Origin: Candidatus Nanohaloarchaea archaeon
Lineage (GTDB): Archaea; Nanohalarchaeota; Nanosalinia; Nanosalinales; Nanosalinaceae
Assembly: GCA_014297435.1 (NCBI GenBank)
Contig: JACOQA010000001.1
Location: 1 to 64,000, forward strand
Length of the DNA stretch: 64,000 nt
Reading direction: 5' to 3'
Shown here: positions 17,274 to 27,005 of the stretch, piece by piece
Layout: every line of letters starts with the position of its first letter
How positions within the stretch are numbered: the first letter of the stretch is position 1
Notes under the pieces: model-generated
Database searches by the model: none
The model's input: the letters and a program-made list of their open reading frames with translations, nothing else
Told to the model about the DNA's origin: nothing
Made by a program: the position numbers and the translations under genes

Positions 17274-18641
17274 TCAGTTTGAAACCTCTTCTAGGACACC
17301 TTCCCGTACTTTCTCAATAAACTCTTCTTTCTTCTCACGTGGGAATTTGGCGCCTGCCGCGACGTTGTGACCGCCACCTTCGCCATCAATCTCCTCGCAG
17401 ATCTCTTCAATTATTTCACCAAGGTTCAAACCGTTCTCGACAGCATCCTTGTCCGCACGTGAAGAAGCCTTTATTTTGTCTTTTTCGGACTCAGCTACTC
17501 CCAGAATTACGGGAACGTCCGAGAAAAAGCCGTTACTCATTGTTATTGTTGTGACGGTTCCGATAAAGTCGTCTTCTACTTCATCTTTTCCATCGATTAT
17601 GCCGATTCCGTCTTCGTAGATAACTTCTGTATCATCTTTGTTCTCTTCCACATAGCCTAGTGCGGAGCTTATCTCCCGGCTGTACTTTCTTGATATCTTT
17701 CCGGCGAGCTCTAAGTCTTGTTCGAGAAGTATTTTCACGCCGGTCTTCGGTTCACCAAGCCTCCCGCATGCGTTAATAATGGTGGAAAATTCGTCGATCC
17801 CATGACTGTTATTCAGGACGTAGATGTTCTGCATCAGCTCCTGGGCAGGATAGCCGTGTTTGATCATTCCGCTGATCAATTTTTTCTCTTCCTCTTCGGA
17901 GAGATCTTCCAGAGTTCTGAAGTCTCCATCCTCTCTAATCTCTACGCCGCAGCTTTTGACGAACTGTATAGCGCCAGACTCGTTGTTGGTAATTCCTTCA
18001 AGATGAGGATCGGAAGTATACATCAACGACTTGTGAAGTGGTTTGGTGCTTCTTCCGTAGAGATCTAGACCCTGCCGTTTCTCTATCAGCTCCCGTTCTT
18101 CTGCTCTTTCCAGAAGATCTTTGTTCAACCCCATGAATTCGCCGTCCTGTTTCTGGACATCTCCTGTTGCTCCGATTAGAGCATATTCTACAAGTTCATG
18201 GTTTTCTTCCGAGGCTTTCTCGGCCAGCAAGTAGGTCATTCCTGCTGCGGAAATCGCTTCTCCTCCATCATGACCTAAAAAGTGCGGGTTCAAATGAATG
18301 AATTCGCCTTCTATCTGGGGTTCGTGGTGGTCGCTGACAATAACTTCTTTGCCTGCTTCTTCAACTATGTGTTCCTGTACGAATTCTGATTGACCGGAAC
18401 CGATGTCAACAAATAGAATAAGTTCTTCATCTTCTTCAGCTATCCGTTTAACGTCCTCTTCGTAGAGCTGTTTCAGTATTTCGTATTCGAAGTCTTTGCC
18501 CATCCGGTCAAGCATTTCGTGTGCGATGGCTGTCGCAGATATGCCGTCAGCGTCGTACTGACCTACCAGTCTAATCTTTCCTTCAAAGTTTTCGAGTTTC
18601 TCAACTGCGGGCTCACATTCTTCGAGAATATCTTCAACCAT
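17274..18641 (-). CDS. recJ: RecJ/Cdc45-like DHH family exonuclease
   Basis: 'DADG', 'VDIGSG', 'SDHH', DHHA1 'GGGHNVAAG'; follows rps15. Confidence 0.9.
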   Translation of the reverse strand: MVEDILEECEPAVEKLENFEGKIRLVGQYDADGISATAIAHEMLDRMGKDFEYEILKQLYEEDVKRIAEEDEELILFVDIGSGQSEFVQEHIVEEAGKEVIVSDHHEPQIEGEFIHLNPHFLGHDGGEAISAAGMTYLLAEKASEENHELVEYALIGATGDVQKQDGEFMGLNKDLLERAEERELIEKRQGLDLYGRSTKPLHKSLMYTSDPHLEGITNNESGAIQFVKSCGVEIREDGDFRTLEDLSEEEEKKLISGMIKHGYPAQELMQNIYVLNNSHGIDEFSTIINACGRLGEPKTGVKILLEQDLELAGKISRKYSREISSALGYVEENKDDTEVIYEDGIGIIDGKDEVEDDFIGTVTTITMSNGFFSDVPVILGVAESEKDKIKASSRADKDAVENGLNLGEIIEEICEEIDGEGGGHNVAAGAKFPREKKEEFIEKVREGVLEEVSN

Positions 18642-18728
18642 CGCTGGAAAAGTGTAAGATCAGAGCCTATTAAATGGGTTTTGATAGCTCGTGGAAAATA
18701 AATTATATTAAGAATATGATTGAGAGAG

Positions 18729-19166
18729 TTATTCGTCTCTCTCGTATTCCCAGTCTTCGGGAATGTCTCCTTCTTCTCTGTGGTAGGAAGCGATTCTTCT
18801 GATCTTTGCCTCTGTAAGTTCGAGGTTTCTCTGTGCGTCCTCGTCCTTAGGGTTCTCGTTTACGTGGTTCTGAATTGATTCAGCTTTTTCTAGAAGGTTC
18901 TTCAAGTCCTCTGGAACTTCAAGTTCGAGACCTTCTTCCTCAAGAATTTCTGTAATCTTCATGTCTGTGACTTGTTTGACTGAAGGGATTCCGTACTGGT
19001 CTCTCAGCTTCATACCGATCTGTGAAGGATCGTCTCCGTTCCTTCTCAGCTTGACAACAAGGTCTTTGACCTCTTGTTCGTCGTACTCGACCCAGCGCGG
19101 GTTTTTCTTGTTAACGGGTTTATCAGAACCTGAAGATCCTCTTCCTTTAGAGTGCATTCGTGACAT
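18729..19166 (-). CDS. rps15: 30S ribosomal protein S15 (uS15)
   Basis: 'MSRMHSKGRGSSGS', 'IGMKLRDQYGIP', 'EAKIRRIASY'. Confidence 0.97.
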   Translation of the reverse strand: MSRMHSKGRGSSGSDKPVNKKNPRWVEYDEQEVKDLVVKLRRNGDDPSQIGMKLRDQYGIPSVKQVTDMKITEILEEEGLELEVPEDLKNLLEKAESIQNHVNENPKDEDAQRNLELTEAKIRRIASYHREEGDIPEDWEYERDE

Positions 19167-19293
19167 TATTAATTTTCACCTGATCCGGCTTAGCTCTCAC
19201 CTCGCCGGTCTTAAACAACGAGTCTCGGTAAAACTTTTTAACTATGGACGGATGTCGCCGACCTTTTATTCGTGAAACCTCCATAGCTATAAC

Positions 19294-19752
19294 ATGAAGA
19301 AACTCGAAAAACAGATTCTCAAGGCATGGATCCTAGGTTCACTGATCTTTGCGGCTTTTCTCGGCTTCGTAACTGAGATAGCAGCCAGAATAGGTCTTGA
19401 AATGCCGTGGCTTGGAGTCGCCGTGTTTGCGGTATCCAGCGTGATTGGAACTGTCTACAGTCTTTACAGGTACAAGAACTGGGGGTACGAGAAAAAAGAA
19501 GGTTATCTGTACCTGGAGCACGGTGTTCTGCGGAAGGTGAAGTCCATGGTTCCTCACGTCAGGATACAGCACGTTGACTCTCAGAGAAGCGTTATGGACA
19601 GGGTTTTCGGTCTATCAAGTGTTGTGGTTTATACTGCCGGAAGTAGAGGTGCCGATGTGAATATCCCTGGTTTGACGCCTAAGAAGGCGGAAGAGCTTCA
19701 ATCGTATCTGAGGAAAGTTGCGATAGAGTCTGAAGACGAGGACGCAGTATGA
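19294..19752 (+). CDS. Bacterial-type PH-domain membrane protein (YdbS-like)
   Basis: Two TM segments, then 'VPHVRIQHVD', 'VVVYTAGS', 'IPGL'. Confidence 0.85.
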   Translation: MKKLEKQILKAWILGSLIFAAFLGFVTEIAARIGLEMPWLGVAVFAVSSVIGTVYSLYRYKNWGYEKKEGYLYLEHGVLRKVKSMVPHVRIQHVDSQRSVMDRVFGLSSVVVYTAGSRGADVNIPGLTPKKAEELQSYLRKVAIESEDEDAV

Positions 19753-21161
19753 AACTAAGCAAGCTTTCGATACCCTACAAGGCAGCTCAGAAAGCCGGTA
19801 CGCTCGTGCTAGTACTTGCATTTGGAGGTTCTGCGAGTCTTCAAAGCCTCTTAATTGCTGTGTTTCTTTTTATAGTTCTTGGAACAGCTATTTTGGTTTA
19901 CGAATATCTTTACTGGCGTAACTACAACTACGAGATTACCGAGGACACCTTTGACATTCGTTCAGGTGTTTTCCAGAAGAGGAAAAGAGAAATTCCGATC
20001 CACCGAATACAGAATGTTGATATCAGCAGGAACGTCGTGATAAGACTCTTAGGTCTATCACAGGTGAACCTTGAGACTGCAGGCGGCGGCTCTACAGAAG
20101 CATCAATAAAATTTGTAGGGCTTCAGGAGGCAAGGGATATCCAGAAAAAGGTCAGAAGACTGAAGCGCGATGAAAAACAGCAGGTCGATGATGAGGATGA
20201 AGAGCTTCTCTTTGAGATGGATATGCGTGAACTGCTCGTTATGTGCGCTTTTTCCGTGAAAGCCCGGGCGATTGTAGGCTTAGGTCTTCTCTTTTCGGTT
20301 GCCGGCGGCTTCATGGGTTCGGCAATAGAGGGTACAGGAGTTGGCATAACAGCCGGTCTTTTGATAACTGCAACCTTGTCTGTATTCGCAGTATGGCTAT
20401 TCAGTGCGGCTTCTAGCTTCATTCAGTACTTTGATTTCAAACTATATAGGAGGGATGACGCATTAGAGTACGAGAGAGGTTTACTAAGTAGATCTAGTGG
20501 GAGCATTCCTTTCAAGAAGATTCAAACGGTTTCATTCGAGGAAAACCCCCTAAAACGTATTTTCGGTTATTCGACTGTTAAGATAGAGACTGCAGGTTAT
20601 TCTGCTGAAACTGCAGCTGAAAAAGGTGCAGAAGCAGCAATACCGCTTGCAAAAAGAGATAGGGCTATAAATCTTGCTAGAAAGATTAGGGGCTACGAAA
20701 ACTTAGAATTTAAGATGTATGAAATACCGAAAAGAGCTATGCACCGTTACATGGGGAGGTATGCAGTTATCTGGTCTTCAATTATGATTTTAGGCTTTAC
20801 GTTAAAGTATTTCGCATCCGGAGTCAGACTGATTCTTCCAGGTTTGCTTGTGCTGGTTATACCTCCTGCAGCATACTTCAAATGGAAGAACAGGGGTTTC
20901 GGGACAGATGAAGAGTTCTTCTACAGTATGAACGGATTTTGGAACAGAAGAATAACGGTTACTCCGTACTTCAGAGTTCAAAACCTTATGGAATCCCAGA
21001 ATATCTTCCAGGCTCGTTTCAGGCTTTCCAACCTGACACTTGATACGGCAGGTTCTGGTATTCTCGGCAATAATCCTAAAGCCTTCGATCTAGATGTGAA
21101 TAAAGCATCTGAGCTAAGGAAATCTGTTTTCGAGAAGTTTGAAAAATCTCTCTACTTGTAG
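19749..21161 (+). CDS. Multi-PH-domain membrane protein (YdbT-like)
   Basis: Repeated 'IPxxRIQNV..L.LETAG' modules between TM pairs; 4-nt overlap with the ydbS-like gene. Confidence 0.85.
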   Translation: MKLSKLSIPYKAAQKAGTLVLVLAFGGSASLQSLLIAVFLFIVLGTAILVYEYLYWRNYNYEITEDTFDIRSGVFQKRKREIPIHRIQNVDISRNVVIRLLGLSQVNLETAGGGSTEASIKFVGLQEARDIQKKVRRLKRDEKQQVDDEDEELLFEMDMRELLVMCAFSVKARAIVGLGLLFSVAGGFMGSAIEGTGVGITAGLLITATLSVFAVWLFSAASSFIQYFDFKLYRRDDALEYERGLLSRSSGSIPFKKIQTVSFEENPLKRIFGYSTVKIETAGYSAETAAEKGAEAAIPLAKRDRAINLARKIRGYENLEFKMYEIPKRAMHRYMGRYAVIWSSIMILGFTLKYFASGVRLILPGLLVLVIPPAAYFKWKNRGFGTDEEFFYSMNGFWNRRITVTPYFRVQNLMESQNIFQARFRLSNLTLDTAGSGILGNNPKAFDLDVNKASELRKSVFEKFEKSLYL

Positions 21162-21724
21162 CGTCCCCGTTTCTCTACTTTCTTTAACCAGTTTTGAACC
21201 TCTTCTGAGTCTTCATAGCTGCTGTAGCCTTTGAGGAAGCTTTGCCAGGCTTCTTCCGCAACTTCAGGATGTGAGGAGTTTAGAACCTGTTTTAATAGGT
21301 GGATATCTACAGCCTTGTCCTCTGTTCTTTCTGATCTGAAGGAGAGACCGAAATCAATAATTGTTGTAGAATTGTCTTTGACGATTACGTTGCTCGTAGT
21401 GAGATCGCCGTGGATAATCCCAGTTGAATGAAGAAGTCCTACGTTCTTCCCGAGATCCTTGAAAAGCTTGTTTTCCGAAGCCTTTTCCTTCAAGATCACT
21501 CCATCAACTTTCTCCATATCAAGTTCGAAATTACCTGTTTTCTCGACTTCCGGCACGGAGACATTATGGTTCCTGGCTTCTTCGATTAGTCTTGCTTCCG
21601 TCTCTGTTCTATCTTTTCTGATTCTATCATCGAGTTCAGGGTGTCTGTATTTCTTCTTCTCTCTTTTCTTTGAGACCTTTTCTCCTATCTTTACTGTGGC
21701 TTCGGCGCCTTTTCGCTCACTCAT
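21152..21724 (-). CDS. bud32: KEOPS kinase Bud32
   Basis: 'GAEA', 'KKYRHPELD', 'HGDLTTSN', 'IDFGL', 'DKAVDIHLL', C-terminal 'RGRY'. Confidence 0.95.
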   Translation of the reverse strand: MSERKGAEATVKIGEKVSKKREKKKYRHPELDDRIRKDRTETEARLIEEARNHNVSVPEVEKTGNFELDMEKVDGVILKEKASENKLFKDLGKNVGLLHSTGIIHGDLTTSNVIVKDNSTTIIDFGLSFRSERTEDKAVDIHLLKQVLNSSHPEVAEEAWQSFLKGYSSYEDSEEVQNWLKKVEKRGRYK

Positions 21725-23366
21725 GTTCCTGAAGGTAACGCCTTATCTCTAAAAGGTTTCTTCTTCTCAGCTCCTCCCGGTAGTGCCTGTCCTCGATAAC
21801 GCCGTTGACGTGTTCAACAAGTTCTTCAGAGGAAAGAATGTCTGGAACATTTACATACAGGGCGCCATCCTCCAGCAATTCTCTGGCTTCTAAGGTGCTC
21901 TGTGCTCTCAGAATCTTGTCGGCATCAGTCTCTAGGTCAAGTATTTTCTTTGAAATCCTTCTGAAAGGAATTGTTGATATTACCATTTTCGCACTTCTGG
22001 AACTGGCTTTTTTCCATGTCTCTTCGTCCATCACGTCACCAAAAATGTAGTTGTCGTGTTTCTTTGAGAACTCCTCGATCTTCTCAGGGTCATTTTCAAT
22101 TAACACAAAGCTTTGATCTTCCTGTCTCAATGCTTCTGCAATTTCTCGTCCTTGCGTATCGAAGCCGAGAAGAATCACATGGTCTTCTAGTTTCTCCGGT
22201 AGACTTGTTTTCTCGTTGATTTTTCTCGAGTTTACCTCCACAAGCTGCAGATTCGAAACATAGTTGTACAGCTCCTCCTCGTATCTCGAGGTATAGGAAG
22301 AGACTATCATGGTTAATGTGGCGGAGAGTATGATCGACTGGAAGATCGCAGGATCTATAGTTCCTGCAATATGGGCTTGGATCGCTATAATTAGAGCGAA
22401 CTCACTGGTCTGGTCAAGGCTCAAACCGGTCAAGTAGGCGGTTCTCCTATCGTATCCGTTGATAAGGAGTGCTACACCAGTCATTACAGGTTTCAGCAAT
22501 AGTGTTGTTGAGGTGAGGACGGCTGTGAGGATTAAGGTTTCGAAAGTTGGAACTGCGATCAAAGCTCCCAGGGTAACGAAGAATATTGAGGAGAAAAAGT
22601 CTTTCATCGATCCCATAGTGTCTAGGATCTCCATGTTGTGTGGGAACTTTGAGACGGCGAGTCCTGCCGCGAACGAGCCTACAACTAAAGATGAGTTGAT
22701 GTACTGCGAAGTGCTTATGAAGAGAATTAGAACTGAAAGCGAGAACAGTGTTATGAGTTCTCTTGAGCCTTCAGCAAGTCTAGCGACTTTATCCATGAGG
22801 ATTTGTCTGATTATGAGGGCGCCGAGGATCGTAACACATAGGTAGGAAAGGTTTAGACCTATACTCTCAACTGTGAAGCCTGAAAGTATAATGGTGATTG
22901 CGATCACGGCCACTAAGTCCTGGAAGAGCTGGATAGCTTCTGCCAATCTTCCATGCAGTATGTCGACCCGTACCTCACTCTTGACAAGTTCAAGTCCCAC
23001 AAGCGAGGAGCTTAACGCTCCGGCTAAACTAAAGTAGAGAGAGTCGGATAGGCTGAAACCGATTCCTTTGGCTACGAGGAACAGCATCGTTCCAACTACA
23101 AAGATCTGAATTAAAGCGGTTGAAACTGATTCTTCTCCTACTGCTCTTATCCGACCTAGATCGGATTTAATGCCGAAAACGAAAACTAGGAATGCAATTC
23201 CTAATTGTGAGAGTCCTAGTATCTCGGATTGGTTAATGAATGTTCCTACAAAGATCCCTGCAAGAATATAAGCGGGTATTCGCGGGTGTGAAAGTTTTTC
23301 AAGTAGGAATATCATTATCGAAGAAGCTACGAACACTGCAGTCAGTATGGTTATTAGTTCAGACAT
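21717..23366 (-). CDS. Kef-type cation:proton antiporter (CPA2) with C-terminal RCK/KTN domain, paralog 2
   Basis: Multi-TM; 'FQDL', 'FFVTLG', 'QTSEFALII'; KTN 'HVILLGFDTQG..IENDPE..IFGD'. Confidence 0.88.
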   Translation of the reverse strand: MSELITILTAVFVASSIMIFLLEKLSHPRIPAYILAGIFVGTFINQSEILGLSQLGIAFLVFVFGIKSDLGRIRAVGEESVSTALIQIFVVGTMLFLVAKGIGFSLSDSLYFSLAGALSSSLVGLELVKSEVRVDILHGRLAEAIQLFQDLVAVIAITIILSGFTVESIGLNLSYLCVTILGALIIRQILMDKVARLAEGSRELITLFSLSVLILFISTSQYINSSLVVGSFAAGLAVSKFPHNMEILDTMGSMKDFFSSIFFVTLGALIAVPTFETLILTAVLTSTTLLLKPVMTGVALLINGYDRRTAYLTGLSLDQTSEFALIIAIQAHIAGTIDPAIFQSIILSATLTMIVSSYTSRYEEELYNYVSNLQLVEVNSRKINEKTSLPEKLEDHVILLGFDTQGREIAEALRQEDQSFVLIENDPEKIEEFSKKHDNYIFGDVMDEETWKKASSRSAKMVISTIPFRRISKKILDLETDADKILRAQSTLEARELLEDGALYVNVPDILSSEELVEHVNGVIEDRHYREELRRRNLLEIRRYLQEHE

Positions 23367-25032
23367 CTTCTCTACCTCCGTACTTAATATGGTTTACATC
23401 GTCCTCTATTTCTTTCAAGAAGAGTTCTCTATCCTCCAGGAACAGTTTTACATAGTCGCTCATCTTCTCGCCTGTCAAAATGTTTCTGATGATTACATAG
23501 TGGGCTCCCATTTCGTAGAGGTCAGCTGCTTCGTCAACCTCGTCAGCTTTCACGAATACAGTGGTTTCAGGTCTTACGTGTTCAAGTATCTCTCGGTTTA
23601 CCTCAAATTCTGGTGCAACGCTGACCAGTATCTCTGCATCTTTTAGTCCTGCCGCCCTACGTATCTCGCTGTGTCTGAAATCGCCGTAGATAAACTCGAA
23701 GTCCGACTCCGCCAGTTCATCGACTTTTCTGGAACTTCTGTCGACAATCACAACATCTTCGTAATGCCTCTTAAGATCGTCAAGAAGCTTTTCAGTAATC
23801 TTATCGTATCCGACAACCACTGCGTGTTCTTCAAGTCTTTCAATACTGACATCTTGTTTGTCTTCTGACTTGAAACGTTCGAGCAGGTGCTCGACAGCCT
23901 CAAAGATCTCTTGATTGTAATTAAGCAGATAAGAGGAGATTCCCATGGTTATGACTGCCACTAGGCTGATAAATCCGACTAGTTCGCTTCCAATCAATCC
24001 TTCGGAAAGAGCTAAAGCCCCAAGTATAAGCGAGAACTCGCTGATCTGTGTCATGTTAACAGCCGCTTTAAAAGAGGTCTGTGGAGTAAACTTCATCCTG
24101 TCAGTTAATAGGAAGATTATCACAAACTTTCCAGCAATCAGAACTGCTGAAGCGATTAAGGCTTCAGTAATATAGGCTGTAAGCTGTCCTGGAACTATTT
24201 TTAGACCGAAATTAATGAAGAAAACCGCCATAAAAATGTCTGTCAAAGGTCTAACTCTTTCCTGAAGCTCTCTACTGTAAGGAAGCTGTGCAAGGCTTAA
24301 ACCCGCAAAGAAAGCTCCAATCTCCATCGAAAGGTTGAGTTGCTGAGCTAAAAATATCAGTGCAAACGCCCAGGCAATTCCGTGGATAAAGAACGAGTGA
24401 AGATCTTTGGAAAGTTTTTTGAACGCCTGAGGCAGAAGATACTGAGACGAAAGATAGGAAAGAACGCCGATTACTCCTATCATAACAAAGACCTCGCCAA
24501 GTCTTAATATTGCCTGTGTCGGAGAGTTTAGCTGTGTTGAAATAAGTGCGAGTATTATCACGACTGCCACGTCCTGTATAAGCAGTATTCCGACATCGAG
24601 CCTTCCAGGAAGTGAAGAAGTTTCATCCTTGTCTGTCAGAAGCTTTACTACTAGTGCGGTGGAGCTGAACATCGAAGCTGCTCCGATGAATATTGATTCA
24701 ATTAATGTAAATCCTAGCAGAAACCCTGTAATTGCTCCAAGTCCGAAAGTAAGAATCATTTGAAAGATTCCGATTAAGACTGTAGGTCTCAAAACCTCTC
24801 TTACCTTCTTAACATCGATCTCAAGACCGATCAAGAACAATAGGAAGACAAGTCCGAGTTCGGATAAAATTTTGGTTAGTTCTGTCTGTGCCAGTATTCC
24901 TAGGCCTACAGGTCCTAGAACCATCCCGGCAGCGATGTAGGCTATAATCGTAGGCTGGTGGGTCTTCCTCGCGATAAAGGCGAATACTGTGGCGACCGCC
25001 ACTGCCATTCCAAAGGTTTCGAAACCTGTCAT
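23359..25032 (-). CDS. Kef-type cation:proton antiporter (CPA2) with C-terminal RCK/KTN domain, paralog 1
   Basis: 'ELGLVFLLFLIGLE', 'SSTALVVKLL', 'GILLIQD', 'QISEFSLIL'; KTN domain. Confidence 0.9.
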   Translation of the reverse strand: MTGFETFGMAVAVATVFAFIARKTHQPTIIAYIAAGMVLGPVGLGILAQTELTKILSELGLVFLLFLIGLEIDVKKVREVLRPTVLIGIFQMILTFGLGAITGFLLGFTLIESIFIGAASMFSSTALVVKLLTDKDETSSLPGRLDVGILLIQDVAVVIILALISTQLNSPTQAILRLGEVFVMIGVIGVLSYLSSQYLLPQAFKKLSKDLHSFFIHGIAWAFALIFLAQQLNLSMEIGAFFAGLSLAQLPYSRELQERVRPLTDIFMAVFFINFGLKIVPGQLTAYITEALIASAVLIAGKFVIIFLLTDRMKFTPQTSFKAAVNMTQISEFSLILGALALSEGLIGSELVGFISLVAVITMGISSYLLNYNQEIFEAVEHLLERFKSEDKQDVSIERLEEHAVVVGYDKITEKLLDDLKRHYEDVVIVDRSSRKVDELAESDFEFIYGDFRHSEIRRAAGLKDAEILVSVAPEFEVNREILEHVRPETTVFVKADEVDEAADLYEMGAHYVIIRNILTGEKMSDYVKLFLEDRELFLKEIEDDVNHIKYGGREDV

Positions 25033-25601
25033 TCAACTACTTTTTCGATCTCTTTCTTCTTAATAGGTCCCTCTCTATGGATCACGACTTCGCCATCAAC
25101 GATTTCAGTTATCGTCGAGGTAGGTCCGTCCTCGAGTTTCCCTGTATCAATAACAAAATCAACTTTCTCAAGTAACTTGTCCGAAATATCTTCTATGGAG
25201 TAAGAAGTTTCCTCGCCTGAAATGTTGGCGCTTGTCGCAGTGATTGGAATATTTTCAGCTAGCGTCCTTGCAGTCTTACTGGAGGAAACCCTGAAGACAA
25301 ATTTCTCATTCATGCTGTCCGGGATTCTGTCTTTTTTCTCTGATACCAGTGTTATGGGTCCGGGCATCAACTCCTTAACGATTTTTCTCTCATTATCTGA
25401 AAGCTTCGCGTACCTTTCCGCCTGCTCGAGAGAAGACACTATCGCAGTCAGACCTTTCTCTTGGGGTCGCTGTTTCGCTTCGTAAACCTTCTCCACTGCA
25501 TCAGGGTTTGTTGCGTCCGCGGCTATGCCGTAAGCAGTTTCTGTCGGGAAGACAACAAGACCGCATTCTTCGATCACTTTTCTAGCTTCCTGTAGTTCCA
25601 T
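25029..25601 (-). CDS. sua5: L-threonylcarbamoyladenylate synthase (single-domain TsaC/YrdC, Sua5 family)
   Basis: 'VFPTETAYGI', 'KQRP', 'PGPIT', 'TATSANISG'. Confidence 0.92.
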   Translation of the reverse strand: MELQEARKVIEECGLVVFPTETAYGIAADATNPDAVEKVYEAKQRPQEKGLTAIVSSLEQAERYAKLSDNERKIVKELMPGPITLVSEKKDRIPDSMNEKFVFRVSSSKTARTLAENIPITATSANISGEETSYSIEDISDKLLEKVDFVIDTGKLEDGPTSTITEIVDGEVVIHREGPIKKKEIEKVVE

Positions 25602-25616
25602 AATTATTCACGTCTC

Positions 25617-26399
25617 CTACCCAAATTTAATATCGCCTAATGATTTGCTTAACGGGACAGCTCTATAGATGTCATAGAGCGCTTGCGCGTCACGGTCAAG
25701 ATCATCATAATCCTCCCTTCCATTAACTCCGCTGTAATCGGCAGGGCTGAGCACATCTTTCAGCCCCAGGTTCTCGTTATGGAAATGAATTCTTACCTTC
25801 CTGCCATCGCTCCAAGCATCAAAATGATTGCCGGTGTAATGACTGTCGCCGAACGCTGTCTCGGTAGATAAGGTAGGCTGACTATCAAGCCCGTGGATCT
25901 GAACTACGTTCTTGCCATCAATAACGTAGCTCTCGACAGGATGTAGCTTTTCTCTGTCAAACTCCTGTGCTTCCTCTAGGCTAAATTCTCCCTCGAGTTC
26001 TTGGAGCTGTGAGTCCATCCTGCGTAGTTCCTCATCCCCAAGTCTTACTTCCGAACCTGAAGTATAAGGATTCAGGAGCTTGTAAAGAGGATCTTCTGTA
26101 TCCAAAGATTCAAGGCTCTCGTAAGGTATTTTGGAGAATCTTTCAGGAGTTTCTCCGCCTTTGAAAATCGTTTCCATATCCTCCGCTATCTGTGACAAAG
26201 GAGGTCCTTCTTCGGGATAAATGGCAGCCTCAATTATTCCCTCGTCTTGCTTCAGGTTAATCTCCCAGCCTCCTCCCATTCTTTCGTCTAATGGTGATCC
26301 CTTTGAGAGCGTGTCAATTTCGGTTCCTATAGTTGCAGCGCCTAGAACTCCCCCAAGAAAACTTCTGCGACTCTGTTTAAATTTATCATCCTCAACCAT
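25617..26399 (-). CDS. Hypothetical protein with twin-arginine-like N-terminal motif
   Basis: 'SRRSFLGGVLGAATIG'; acidic 260-aa ORF in the operon orientation. Confidence 0.65.
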   Translation of the reverse strand: MVEDDKFKQSRRSFLGGVLGAATIGTEIDTLSKGSPLDERMGGGWEINLKQDEGIIEAAIYPEEGPPLSQIAEDMETIFKGGETPERFSKIPYESLESLDTEDPLYKLLNPYTSGSEVRLGDEELRRMDSQLQELEGEFSLEEAQEFDREKLHPVESYVIDGKNVVQIHGLDSQPTLSTETAFGDSHYTGNHFDAWSDGRKVRIHFHNENLGLKDVLSPADYSGVNGREDYDDLDRDAQALYDIYRAVPLSKSLGDIKFG

Positions 26400-26466
26400 C
26401 TAGCAACATTCCTCTACTATCTCACTAGGTAAATTTTCTTGTTTTTCTACGCTATTCGTTTTTACT

Positions 26467-26967
26467 CTAATAATCGTTTTCTGATAACGTCTCAAATGTC
26501 TGAAGAGTATCTCTTAGTTCTGTCTCGTCAAGTTCGTGAAGAGATTTCCTAGCCTCTACAACATCTTGTTTATAACCATCTAGTTTCTCAGCTCTTTCAT
26601 TTGAAATCGTGTAGCTGAACTCCTCGGAACCTATTCTTGCCTCGATTCTTGTATGGTCTGTAGTCCGCACTAAAGAAACGCTGTGCACGTTTCTCTGGTA
26701 AGGCTCTAGTAGTCTATCTTTGGCGTCTACTAGTGTTTCATCTTCCTTTAGGCTTCCTTCCGAAAGCTGTTCCAGTTCTTCAGATACGCTTATCCATCCG
26801 TCCTCTGTATATGGGGTAGTCTCTATCAGTTCTACAGCTTTGTCTCTGTGTTGGCTTGGAATCAGGTAGCTGAACCGTTCTTCTTCAGTCTCCACTTCTA
26901 TTGCTGAAGCTGCCGAATCGAAGATATGGCTGTATGAGAACTCAGATATTTCTTCACGTGCAGACAT
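26467..26967 (-). CDS. Hypothetical protein
   Basis: 166-aa acidic ORF; a weak internal repeat (EERFSYLI / EEFSYTI) suggests two similar halves. Confidence 0.65.
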   Translation of the reverse strand: MSAREEISEFSYSHIFDSAASAIEVETEEERFSYLIPSQHRDKAVELIETTPYTEDGWISVSEELEQLSEGSLKEDETLVDAKDRLLEPYQRNVHSVSLVRTTDHTRIEARIGSEEFSYTISNERAEKLDGYKQDVVEARKSLHELDETELRDTLQTFETLSENDY

Positions 26968-27005
26968 AGTTAGTTGTTATTGAGTAAGAGTTAAAATTCT
27001 CGGTT

